This document shows, piece after piece, positions 1 through 9,022 of a stretch of 64,000 nucleotides of DNA. Within the stretch, counting starts at the first letter, position 1; each line of letters opens with the position of its first letter. The notes beneath the pieces are model-generated. The model was not told where the DNA came from and made no database searches. It was given only the letters and a program-made list of their open reading frames with translations. The DNA comes from an uncultured delta proteobacterium. Lineage in GTDB: Bacteria > Desulfobacterota > Desulfobacteria > Desulfobacterales > QNYZ01. The position numbers and the translations under genes were made by a program. The stretch lies in assembly GCA_963845145.1 (NCBI GenBank), contig CAWJQU010000005.1:608001-672000 (forward strand), given 5' to 3'.

Positions 1-180
1 CCAGTTTAAAAACGTCCCATTTTGTCCAATCTCTGCGTCAGGCTCAAATTTTAATCCTCGAAATACCCAATGTATTTACCCCAAGGGCACTTCCTTCGGG
101 GCGCCTGTGGTTAATCCGCCTGAGGCGGATCGCCTTCCTTGACCTTGAACAAACTGAAACGTTTTAAAATTGGCTCGTTA
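1..180. repeat. Palindromic MITE/REP-like element, left end cut by the window edge
   Basis: Imperfect terminal inverted repeat ccagtttaaaaacgt (1-15) / acgttttaaaattgg (158-172). Internal hairpin atccgcctgaggcggat. Lies just past the 3' end of the gene at 214. Confidence 0.6.
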
Positions 181-213
181 GAATAAAATGACGCCCGTGA
201 GTTCGGGGAGCAA

Positions 214-1539
214 TTATCCGTTCTTACTCGTTTCTTCCACCATTTTGATCCCCAGCGCCGCGATCCCATCCAACACAGGCTCGTAAATCTCCTTTTTAAT
301 GGGGATCTGGACGCCGGTGAGCTTGATTTTATCTTCCGCCATGAGTTTTACACCAATTGCCAGGGGCAGACTGACCGTACGGGCCATGGATGAGTCTCCG
401 TGAGGAATGCCGTAGTCGATCAGGGTGGAGGTGATGGTTTCCATGGCGCCATCGGCGTTCTCCACCGCAAACTTATGCCGCAGCAATAGCATGTCTTTTT
501 CCCCCGGAGCGTATTTGAGTTTTTCCAGGAGGCGTTCACTTAAAATATCCAGTTTGCTTTCACAATTCGGGATTGTATCCGACCCAAACAGACCCAGCCA
601 TTCAAGGTTTTTGATGACGAAATGATCGGTTGTCAGGTCGACTTTTTCAGCGACTCCGGCGGCAATGTCATTGGCCGTATCGGCGCCAATGGCGTCGGCC
701 ATCATCTCCGCATAGGTTGTACCAGCGGCATAGGCGGCTGGCGCCTCATCCACGAGACCTAAATCCACGATTTTTTTGAATGTATCGCACCAACCGATAT
801 TTCGATAGGTGCCGCGCATCACCGTTTCGGCATCTTCAAGACCATAGATTTCCTTGTAGGGCAGGGAATCCCGGTTGGGGTATACTTCGAATTCCCCAAG
901 GGGGTCGACCTGCTCGAGGCGTTTGTTTAAAAACAGGTCCGGGCCATCGATATTGACGATGTTACCATTTTCCAAGAACCGGGCCGGATTACGTGAGGCC
1001 AGCACCACACCCCGCGGACTCCATGAAAATTTGTACCCAAAGGGGTTGTCATTGTCTTCGGGCGCGGGCAAGCCACCGCAGATGGAATAAAAATGGCGAA
1101 TTTTACCTCCGCGGGCATGTACATTATCGATAATCTGCATGGCGGACATGTGGTCAACCCCGGGATCGATGCCGATCTCATTTAAAAAAAGCAGGTTCTT
1201 GCTTTTGATCTCTGCATCAAGACTGCGCATATCGTCACTGACATAAGAGGTCGTCGCCATGAGTTTATTATATTTCAGGCAGGCTTCAGCCACTTTGAGA
1301 TGATGAATCCAGGGAAGCAGGCTAACGACGATGTCATTTTCCGAAACCAGCGCCGCCACTTTTTCACGATCCTCAACCAGGATTTGCAGGGCCTTACCTT
1401 TCTCAAAACCCTGAACGATTCTTTCCGCCTTCTCAACGGTTCGCGAGGCAACCGTCACTGAATATCCCTGTTCGAGTAAATAGACAACGCCCGGCTTGCT
1501 GACCAACCCTGCACCCAACACCAATATCTTTTTCATCAC
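214..1539 (-). CDS. Saccharopine dehydrogenase (glutamate-forming; Lys9 / AASS C-terminal type)
   Basis: Rossmann GAGLV; EIGIDPGVDH; CGGLPAPE..NPFGYKFSWSPRGV; RGTYR; SMARTVSLP. Confidence 0.88.
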   Translation of the reverse strand: MMKKILVLGAGLVSKPGVVYLLEQGYSVTVASRTVEKAERIVQGFEKGKALQILVEDREKVAALVSENDIVVSLLPWIHHLKVAEACLKYNKLMATTSYVSDDMRSLDAEIKSKNLLFLNEIGIDPGVDHMSAMQIIDNVHARGGKIRHFYSICGGLPAPEDNDNPFGYKFSWSPRGVVLASRNPARFLENGNIVNIDGPDLFLNKRLEQVDPLGEFEVYPNRDSLPYKEIYGLEDAETVMRGTYRNIGWCDTFKKIVDLGLVDEAPAAYAAGTTYAEMMADAIGADTANDIAAGVAEKVDLTTDHFVIKNLEWLGLFGSDTIPNCESKLDILSERLLEKLKYAPGEKDMLLLRHKFAVENADGAMETITSTLIDYGIPHGDSSMARTVSLPLAIGVKLMAEDKIKLTGVQIPIKKEIYEPVLDGIAALGIKMVEETSKNG

Positions 1540-1544
1540 CCCTC

Positions 1545-2849
1545 CTATAAAAATTTTTGCATATATTTGTATTCATCAGTTAGCTGCCCATTATGTAATA
1601 TCAATGCCTTTTTAATGGGATAGGGTAGGTCGAGGGCAGCAAAATTTACATTGAAATCTGCTGAAGCGATTTGAGCCACATACTCTTTTAAAACATTGGA
1701 GAAAAACAGGGAGGACTCTTTGGGAAACTCGCAGGGCAGGTTATCAACAGCCATGACGGTAATCCCTTCATCGGTGATCTCATCCTCGAAGCGGTTGGCT
1801 TCGGGATAATAGGTAAAGCAGGGGGCATCGGGCATGGTGGCTGTTTTGGTGATCTCGATGGCGCCTTCAATGTCGCAGCTGATATCCCCGATGACCGACA
1901 GATCAAGGTGGTGTTTATTTTTCATCATTTCGATTAGGAAATCTTTCGTCACTACCCGGGGGTACTTATCCGTCCAGTAAATGCAGTTAACCAGGATATT
2001 GATATTCGGGAGATAGTTATCCATGACGGACACATATTTTTCCGGATGGTCATAGTAATCCTGTAATTCAAACGAACCGGAGACCGGTTTAACCATATCC
2101 GCTTCTTTAAAGACCACCTTATAGATATGATGAACATCAGAAGACCATTTATCATGGGATTGTAGCAGTTGCTGGGGCGTCAGGGTTTTTACGGGCAACA
2201 GATCGATGATCTCCTGGGCGCCTTGGGATACATTGCCATACCCGGTATACCCGACAATCAATGGGCCTAAGTCGGCGGGTAAGCCATTGGTCACAATTTG
2301 TCGGCCGATCTCATTGATGTGGTCTTTGGCCGCTTCCAACGATTCATATTCGTACGCCTGCTTTATTTGATCCAGAGGCGACGCTATCCCGCGTAATGTC
2401 ATTTTTCGGGCATAGGCATTGAGGGTCTCAATCATCCCGGCATAACCGGCATGGACACCGAAGAATATCAATCGCTGATCCTTCTCGTTGACGATTCGTT
2501 CGTAGTCGATCAGGTTGCATTCCATCTCCATTAGCCGTTTTAGCATCGCCATGTTATATGTTTGGCCTTTAATTGTATGGGAAAAAAAGATGTAGGTTTT
2601 GCCCTGGGTAAGTAGATCGATGGGGATCTCTTTTACAGCAAAGATGGTGTCCGCATCTGCAAGGTTCTCATCTACCCGACCTCCGGCGGCTTTGTAATCA
2701 GCATCTGAAAAGATGCGCAGCCCGGACGGCTGGACAATGGTTTCAACCCCGGATTGATCTTTTAATGATCGTACATGGGTAGGAATCAGCGGAACCCGAC
2801 GCTCCCACCGGTTTTTATCCTCTCTTCGAATTCCGATGATCTTTTTCAT
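1545..2849 (-). CDS. Lysine-ketoglutarate reductase-like protein (AlaDh/PNT fold; AASS N-terminal type)
   Basis: IRREDKNRWERRVPL; FFSHTIKGQ; LIDYE; GYGNVSQGA; DISCD; MAVDNLPCE. Confidence 0.85.
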   Translation of the reverse strand: MKKIIGIRREDKNRWERRVPLIPTHVRSLKDQSGVETIVQPSGLRIFSDADYKAAGGRVDENLADADTIFAVKEIPIDLLTQGKTYIFFSHTIKGQTYNMAMLKRLMEMECNLIDYERIVNEKDQRLIFFGVHAGYAGMIETLNAYARKMTLRGIASPLDQIKQAYEYESLEAAKDHINEIGRQIVTNGLPADLGPLIVGYTGYGNVSQGAQEIIDLLPVKTLTPQQLLQSHDKWSSDVHHIYKVVFKEADMVKPVSGSFELQDYYDHPEKYVSVMDNYLPNINILVNCIYWTDKYPRVVTKDFLIEMMKNKHHLDLSVIGDISCDIEGAIEITKTATMPDAPCFTYYPEANRFEDEITDEGITVMAVDNLPCEFPKESSLFFSNVLKEYVAQIASADFNVNFAALDLPYPIKKALILHNGQLTDEYKYMQKFL

Positions 2850-2957
2850 CTATTATCTCCTGAGAAATGCTATTTTGGTTAGAATCACCCTTAAAATATC
2901 AATTTAGCATGGCAGCAGCGTTTAGCGCCAATCAATAGATAGGTATTCGCTTTGACT

Positions 2958-3680
2958 TTAAAGGTCCCTTAAATCCATGCACACATCCGGATATCGGTCC
3001 GGTTGTTCGATAATTTTAAGTAAGGCTTGCGCGGCAGTATCGGCAGGGACAAGTACGCCGGTCTTCTTCATTTCAACAAAACGATCCTTGCTCGAAAAGT
3101 CTCTTTTGGGCGCCGACCGTATTTTTCTCTGCATATCCGTGTCCAACACCCCGGGGGCAATCGAAAAAACCCGGATTGGATTCTTGGGGTTATGGATGGG
3201 CTGTTCGCTTTGGAGAACCTCGCTGAACATATCCAGCCCGGCCTTGCCGGCACAATAACCTGCCCAGGAATCGACGGCATGCCTGGCCGCGCCGGAGCTT
3301 ATATTTATAATCAGCCGTTCGGCCTGCCGGGTTTTGGTTTCCTGAATAAACTGGTTGATTAAAAGCGTTGGACTAATCAGGTTAATCCGATACGCTTTCG
3401 TCAGCGCCTGATTATCCAGACGCCCAACGGGTGCCACCGGGCCAATCACGCCGGCATTGTTTACCAAAACCAAACGTCGGGCTCGTGGGGGCGGTTGAAA
3501 CTTAAATTTTAAAACCGCTTTCTCGTTTCCCAGATCCAGTTTATAATGCTGGTACCTTTCATGGGTAATCGTCTCGGTTCTCGAAACGCCAAAAACCCGG
3601 TTTCCGGCTTGCATAAGTAATTTTTCAGCGAGCGCTTTTCCCAATCCCCGGCTTGTTCCCGTAATGTAATATGCATCCAT
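2958..3680 (-). CDS. Short-chain dehydrogenase/reductase (benzil/sepiapterin reductase-like)
   Basis: TGTSRGLG, NNAG, ISSGA, YCAGK catalytic motif, PGVLDTDMQ. Confidence 0.85.
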   Translation of the reverse strand: MDAYYITGTSRGLGKALAEKLLMQAGNRVFGVSRTETITHERYQHYKLDLGNEKAVLKFKFQPPPRARRLVLVNNAGVIGPVAPVGRLDNQALTKAYRINLISPTLLINQFIQETKTRQAERLIINISSGAARHAVDSWAGYCAGKAGLDMFSEVLQSEQPIHNPKNPIRVFSIAPGVLDTDMQRKIRSAPKRDFSSKDRFVEMKKTGVLVPADTAAQALLKIIEQPDRYPDVCMDLRDL

Positions 3681-3832
3681 TTAATCGCTCCTCACGTTTC
3701 GATACAACCTGGCTACCGCCGCAATTTAAACTTTTCCAAGGTCCTACCTTATAACCGTCCCTTCTGTTCTGCGTCAATAAAGTCATGCGCCATTATGAAA
3801 ATACAGTTTTCCCAGATTTCAGGATTCAGGGT

Positions 3833-4114
3833 TCAGGATTCTACCAACCGGTGGCTGTCCTCACAAGTCAGGTCAAGTTCGTAGATTTGTATGAGGTCGG
3901 CGATCTTTTTGAGATTTTTTTCATCAAATGGCGTTTTTCCTTCAAAGACATGTAAAACAATCCCTTCAATCAGATCCCCCAGGGACATATCATGGTACTC
4001 GGCGAGTCCTTTGAGTACTTTAAGCAGTCGCTTTTCTATTCGAACGCCGGTCTGAACCCGTTCAATTTTTCGCAAAGGGCCAAGCGATTTTTTTCTCATC
4101 GATTTTTTTCTCAT
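3833..4114 (-). CDS. Small conserved hypothetical protein, possibly ribbon-helix-helix-like
   Basis: RVQTGVRIEKRLLKVLKGLAEYHDMSLGDLIEGIV gives a strand-helix-helix pattern. Start overlaps the MFS stop (ATGA). Confidence 0.6.
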   Translation of the reverse strand: MRKKSMRKKSLGPLRKIERVQTGVRIEKRLLKVLKGLAEYHDMSLGDLIEGIVLHVFEGKTPFDEKNLKKIADLIQIYELDLTCEDSHRLVES

Positions 4115-5307
4115 TGGCTATCTTCCTTGTATAATAAAAAGGAGAACGCACTTAACGGCAATAATACCAGGCCCGACACCATGAGCAACCCTTGGTATGA
4201 AAAATATTCCAGCATAAAACCGTAAATAATCATGGCGGCAGGAATGGATGCATTGGCCACCGTTCCGGCGACACCAAACACCCTGCCGGCAAAATTATTG
4301 TCGATGCTTTTTTGTAAAAGACTTCTGAAAGCGATCCCGGCACAGATAATACAACCGCCCAATAAAAACAGCATCATCAAAAACAGGCTACGGGCAAAGG
4401 TATGTTGCGAATCAATACAGGCCCCAATAATATACGCAATCCCAATACAAAACACCGCGCCAAAAAGCCAGGGCTTTTCTTTTTTCATTCGAACGGCCAT
4501 GCTCAGAAAAAACGCCATGGCAATAGTGCCAAAACCGAAGGCAGCCTGAAAAAACCCCAGCGTTTGGGCACCATCATTAGATACCGTTGCCGCAATTATC
4601 GGCATCATTACCTCAATCGACCCGACGAAAAAATGGATGACCATTACCATGAGCAGCAATACGATAAAATTAGATTTTGAAAAAAGATACACATAGCCCT
4701 GTTGCATATCCTGAATAATACGGGTCTGACGATGCAATCGTTTTCGGGTTTCAGGAATATGAATAAAACACTCAAAGCCGGCCGAGAAAATAAAAGAAAC
4801 GGCGTTCAACACAAAAATAGTCAGATAGCCGAACACGGATACCAAGATACCGCCTAAAAATGCGCCGGCGATGGTAGAGAACCCATTGATAAACTGATGC
4901 CTGGAGTTGGCCTTGGTAAGGTCTTTTGCATCGACAATGGTTGGAATAATCGCCGGAATGGCAGGGTCAAAAAATGCGGCGTTTACAGACAGCAGCACCT
5001 GCATGGTTAAAATGATCGGTAGATTGATCATATCCAGGTAAAACAAAACGGAAAACACGCCGATAATGACACCTCTGAAGAGGTCGGTGCCCACAATGAT
5101 CCACTTTCGGTGATACCGGTCGATAAAGACGCCAGAAAACAACCCGATGATTATCGATGGCAGCAATGATGCCGCCAGTACGGCCCCCATTTGGGCGGAA
5201 GATCCGGTGGTCTTTAACACCCAGAACGAAATGGCAAGCATGTGGAACTTGTCCCCAATTTGGGAAACAAACTGTCCTGACAATAGGAGCATAAAGTTTT
5301 TATTCAT
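4111..5307 (-). CDS. MFS transporter (DHA3/macrolide-efflux-like)
   Basis: NFMLLLSGQFVSQIGD; GVFIDRYHRK motif A; about 12 hydrophobic segments. ATG 5307 follows GGGGAG. Confidence 0.85.
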   Translation of the reverse strand: MNKNFMLLLSGQFVSQIGDKFHMLAISFWVLKTTGSSAQMGAVLAASLLPSIIIGLFSGVFIDRYHRKWIIVGTDLFRGVIIGVFSVLFYLDMINLPIILTMQVLLSVNAAFFDPAIPAIIPTIVDAKDLTKANSRHQFINGFSTIAGAFLGGILVSVFGYLTIFVLNAVSFIFSAGFECFIHIPETRKRLHRQTRIIQDMQQGYVYLFSKSNFIVLLLMVMVIHFFVGSIEVMMPIIAATVSNDGAQTLGFFQAAFGFGTIAMAFFLSMAVRMKKEKPWLFGAVFCIGIAYIIGACIDSQHTFARSLFLMMLFLLGGCIICAGIAFRSLLQKSIDNNFAGRVFGVAGTVANASIPAAMIIYGFMLEYFSYQGLLMVSGLVLLPLSAFSFLLYKEDSQ

Positions 5308-5596
5308 CGTCTTCTCCCCTTGGCCTCTCAATGCTATATTGTTACCAATGTACCAGCATATTGTCAAGAAATACATTCACACGTGATAGCGGTTTGAAAC
5401 CGATTTTTAAAAAATCGGCTCTTTATACTTTCAGAGGCATCGGTAAGGGTGGTATATAAATTGCATAAATTTGAAATAAAGAAAGTGCATGGTTAGATCG
5501 GTTTTAACCATCGGGCTCGGGGCGGAATATTGTTTATAAATAGACAGCCGGTCGTCCTCTATAATGCAATAATTGAACATAAATACGATAGCTTAA

Positions 5597-8179
5597 ATGA
5601 AATCTAAATTGCTGTTCTGTGTTCTGACACTTGCCGTTGTCTGGGTATATTCGTGCCGGTTGACTTCAGAACATATAAACCCGCCCCAAGCAGTTGCGGG
5701 TGTTCTGGACCTTACCGCTTGGAATTTTGAAGAGGACGGTCCGGTGAATTTATCCGGCCAGTATGAATTTTACTGGAACGAACTGCATCCACCGCATAAA
5801 TTCGATGACGGAAGTCCAAGACCAAAACAGGCTTTCATTCAAGTGCCGGGGCTGTGGAATGGCCTTGAAACGGGAGGTGAAATAATTTCCGGAACCGGCT
5901 ATGCGACCTACCGCCTAACCGTTTTATTGAAAGGAAAACATCGGTCTCTTGCTTTAAAAGTGTTGGATATGAGCACTACCTGTAGCCTTTTCGTGAATCG
6001 GCAACGCATGTATTCGGCCGGTGAAGTGGGGCAAAACCCGCTGTCGTCAAAACCCCAATTCAACCCTGGGGTCATTGATTTTCAAACCGATGAAAACAAG
6101 CTCGAACTGATTATTCAAGTATCCAATTTTCACCATCGGAAAGGAGGGATCTGGGAGCCCATTTTTTTGGGTACCGAAAAACAGATTCGAAATAGTCGCG
6201 AAACAAAAGTAACCATCGAGCTATTCTTGTTTGGCAGTATATTTATAATGGGCCTCTACCACTTTGGCTTGTTCATCCTGAGGAGAAAAGAGAGATCCAC
6301 GCTGTTTTTCGGCATTTTCTGCCTGTTAATAGCCCTTCGAATCCTGACCACCGGAGAAAGATATTTCCTGAAGCTATTTCCGGATTTCAGTTGGGAAATA
6401 TTTGTGAAGCTGGAATATTTGTCCTATTATTTGGCCGTGATAGCATTCGTTCATTTTTTTTATGCGCTCTTTTTCCACCGTTTTTTCAAAACCATTTGCC
6501 TCGCGGCAACGATTTTAAGCTCGGTTTTTTCAGCGTTGGTCATCGTTTTACCACTAAAATATTTTTCACAAACGCTTACACCCTACCATCTGTTTACACT
6601 GTCACTCTTTATATACGGTATTTATATTCTCCTCATCTATTCATGGAAAAAGGAATATGACGCCATTATTTTTCTGTCCGGCTTTTTAGTTCTGCTCTTA
6701 ACAGCCACAAACGATATGATGCGTCATGAAAATTTATTGCAGACTGGTAATCTTGTTCCCCTGGGCCTGCTTATTTTTATTTTTTCACAGGCGTTTCTCT
6801 TGTCTCTTCGATTTTCAAAAGCATTTGAGACGGTTGACATCCAACGCCGAAAATTAAGCGACACCAACCATTTTATTCGAAAACAAATCAAACAGAGTAA
6901 ACAAGCCGCAAAGGCCCTTAAGGCGTCCCATGAAAGGTTTCTTACCGTATTAGACAGCATTGATGCAGACATCTATGTTGCCGACATGAGTAACTATGAA
7001 ATTTTATTCATGAACCAGCATATAAAAGATAGCTTTGGGCATGATTTTACAGGGCAAACCTGTTGGCAGGTCTTTCGAAATGATTCGAAGGCCTGCGGGC
7101 ATTGTACCAACGATAAATTGTTAAATAGTGATGGTGATCCCTCGGGTGTGCATGTCTGGGAGTGCGGCAATCCGATAACCGGAAGGTGGTACACCAATTA
7201 TGATCGGGCAATACCGTGGGATGATGTTACGGGCAATACGCGTTTCGTACGTCTACAAATTGCAACGGACATCACTGAAAAAAAACAGGCTGAAACTGCG
7301 CTTCAAAATGCCAAAGATGAATTGGAAAAGAGAGTACAGGAACGGACAGATGATATTCTCAGAGCGAATCAAGCATTACGCACGGAAATAAAAGAGCGAA
7401 TACAGGCTCAGGAAGCCATGACAAAAGCCAAAAGAGCGGAAGAAACCGCCAATCGTGCTAAAAGCGCGTTTTTAGCAAATATGAGTCATGAACTAAGGAC
7501 GCCGCTCAATCATATCATCGGATTTACCGAGTTAATTTTGGATAAACATTTTGGCGATCTAAACGAAATCCAGGCGGAATACCTCGGTGATGTCCATCAA
7601 AGCAGCGAACACCTCCTATCTTTGATCAACGATATCCTCGATATTTCTAAAATTGAATCGGGTAAGCAGAAATTACAACTTGTGGATACCGAAATCAAAG
7701 CGTTAATCCAAAACAGCCTCATCATGATCAAAAAAAAGGCGGAGCAAAAGTCGATTAAGTTAGCCGTAGAAATGGATGGCGTCCCCCATATCATCCGGGC
7801 CGATGAACGGGGCATCAAACAAATCATGTATAACCTGTTGTCAAATGCCGTCAAATTCACACCCGACAACGGTCAAATCACCATAAAAGCGCAAATCTGT
7901 CCATTTGGCGATAAAAATCGACCTGCCCAAGAGTCACCTCGGATTCTTGGCTTGCAAATTAGCGTATTCGACAGCGGTATCGGAATCGAACCGGAAAATT
8001 TAGCCCTCATTTTCAAGCCTTTTGAGCAAGTAGAAAACTCCGCAAGTCGTAAATATCAAGGAACCGGACTCGGACTATCTTTGAGTAAAAACCTTGTTGA
8101 GCTTCATGGCGGAAAAATGTGGACAGACAGTGATGGTGAGGGTAAAGGATCTGCCTTTCATTTTGTCATACCCATTTGA
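5597..8179 (+). CDS. Sensor histidine kinase (7TM-DISM input, PAS, HisKA, HATPase)
   Basis: Extracellular LSGQYEFYW..IQVPGLW..GYATYRL..VSNF domain; 7 TM; FLANMSHELRTPLN; NLLSNAVKFT; DSGIGI; GTGLGL. Confidence 0.92.
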   Translation: MKSKLLFCVLTLAVVWVYSCRLTSEHINPPQAVAGVLDLTAWNFEEDGPVNLSGQYEFYWNELHPPHKFDDGSPRPKQAFIQVPGLWNGLETGGEIISGTGYATYRLTVLLKGKHRSLALKVLDMSTTCSLFVNRQRMYSAGEVGQNPLSSKPQFNPGVIDFQTDENKLELIIQVSNFHHRKGGIWEPIFLGTEKQIRNSRETKVTIELFLFGSIFIMGLYHFGLFILRRKERSTLFFGIFCLLIALRILTTGERYFLKLFPDFSWEIFVKLEYLSYYLAVIAFVHFFYALFFHRFFKTICLAATILSSVFSALVIVLPLKYFSQTLTPYHLFTLSLFIYGIYILLIYSWKKEYDAIIFLSGFLVLLLTATNDMMRHENLLQTGNLVPLGLLIFIFSQAFLLSLRFSKAFETVDIQRRKLSDTNHFIRKQIKQSKQAAKALKASHERFLTVLDSIDADIYVADMSNYEILFMNQHIKDSFGHDFTGQTCWQVFRNDSKACGHCTNDKLLNSDGDPSGVHVWECGNPITGRWYTNYDRAIPWDDVTGNTRFVRLQIATDITEKKQAETALQNAKDELEKRVQERTDDILRANQALRTEIKERIQAQEAMTKAKRAEETANRAKSAFLANMSHELRTPLNHIIGFTELILDKHFGDLNEIQAEYLGDVHQSSEHLLSLINDILDISKIESGKQKLQLVDTEIKALIQNSLIMIKKKAEQKSIKLAVEMDGVPHIIRADERGIKQIMYNLLSNAVKFTPDNGQITIKAQICPFGDKNRPAQESPRILGLQISVFDSGIGIEPENLALIFKPFEQVENSASRKYQGTGLGLSLSKNLVELHGGKMWTDSDGEGKGSAFHFVIPI

Positions 8180-8287
8180 ATCAAATGGATTGATATGGTC
8201 ACAGTCTTTCGATGCACGCCAGGTTCTATAATCAGGTATTATTCACCGTTGCCCTAAACGGCACAGTGGCACTAAAACCAATGCCCC

Positions 8288-8998
8288 CTATCTGTTCAGT
8301 ATCATTTTTTTAAGCGCTACAATATGGCGAGCAGGATAAACAGCAGTGGGACAAACACGGCTACATTGTAAGGCACGATCGCAAAGAAGGGCGCCACGTT
8401 CGTTTTTAGCCTGTCTCAGCAACCTCTTTTTGTAGGAGGAATTTTTTCCCATTTCCCGATGCATGGCTGTTAGAGCGGCGGGCCCTATAAATTCAGAATT
8501 ATCGCGAGATACCGGGCAGGCCGAAACACAACTTCCACATTCTATGCAGTCTTCAAACTGGAAAAAGGGCCGTTCCGTGCCGGCCGGTTTTCCGTTGCGT
8601 TTCTTTTGGATAGAGGGGCGCAGATAGGTCCAGTCCTCATCAATATCTTTAAAAAATGGATTCATATTCACCACCAGATCGCCGAGTAGCGGAAACCCTT
8701 TTAGGGCCGCCAGGGTCACGGTATCGGTGCCCAGCGCCCACACGTTGGTCGTGCACATCAGCCCTTCGGTATTGTTTATCAGGCAGGCGCAGGTTCCGCA
8801 GGAGCTATGGTGGCAGGAGTGCCGGTACATCAGTGTTGGTTCCTGTGTAAGGCGGATTTTTTCAAGTGCCTCCAGAACACTCATGGAATCAGCCACCTCT
8901 AAAGTATATACGTAAAATTCCGGTGGGTCGATGACCTCTGCTTTGTACCGTAAAATTCGAAAATTGATTTGTTTTATATCCATTTTTAAAGATCTCAC
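8288..8998 (-). CDS. SdhB/FrdB-like iron-sulfur protein
   Basis: SCHHSSCGTC..C [2Fe-2S]; CIECGSCVSACP; CDRALQCSRVCP; DLVV. Real start may be ATG 8983. Confidence 0.85.
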   Translation of the reverse strand: MRSLKMDIKQINFRILRYKAEVIDPPEFYVYTLEVADSMSVLEALEKIRLTQEPTLMYRHSCHHSSCGTCACLINNTEGLMCTTNVWALGTDTVTLAALKGFPLLGDLVVNMNPFFKDIDEDWTYLRPSIQKKRNGKPAGTERPFFQFEDCIECGSCVSACPVSRDNSEFIGPAALTAMHREMGKNSSYKKRLLRQAKNERGALLCDRALQCSRVCPTAVYPARHIVALKKMILNR

Positions 8999-9022
8999 GA
9001 ATCATGGTTGTAAAAAGTGATC

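Noticed and set aside
8288..8998. A true succinate dehydrogenase/fumarate reductase operon
   Set aside because: No flavoprotein A subunit or C/D anchor genes are adjacent.
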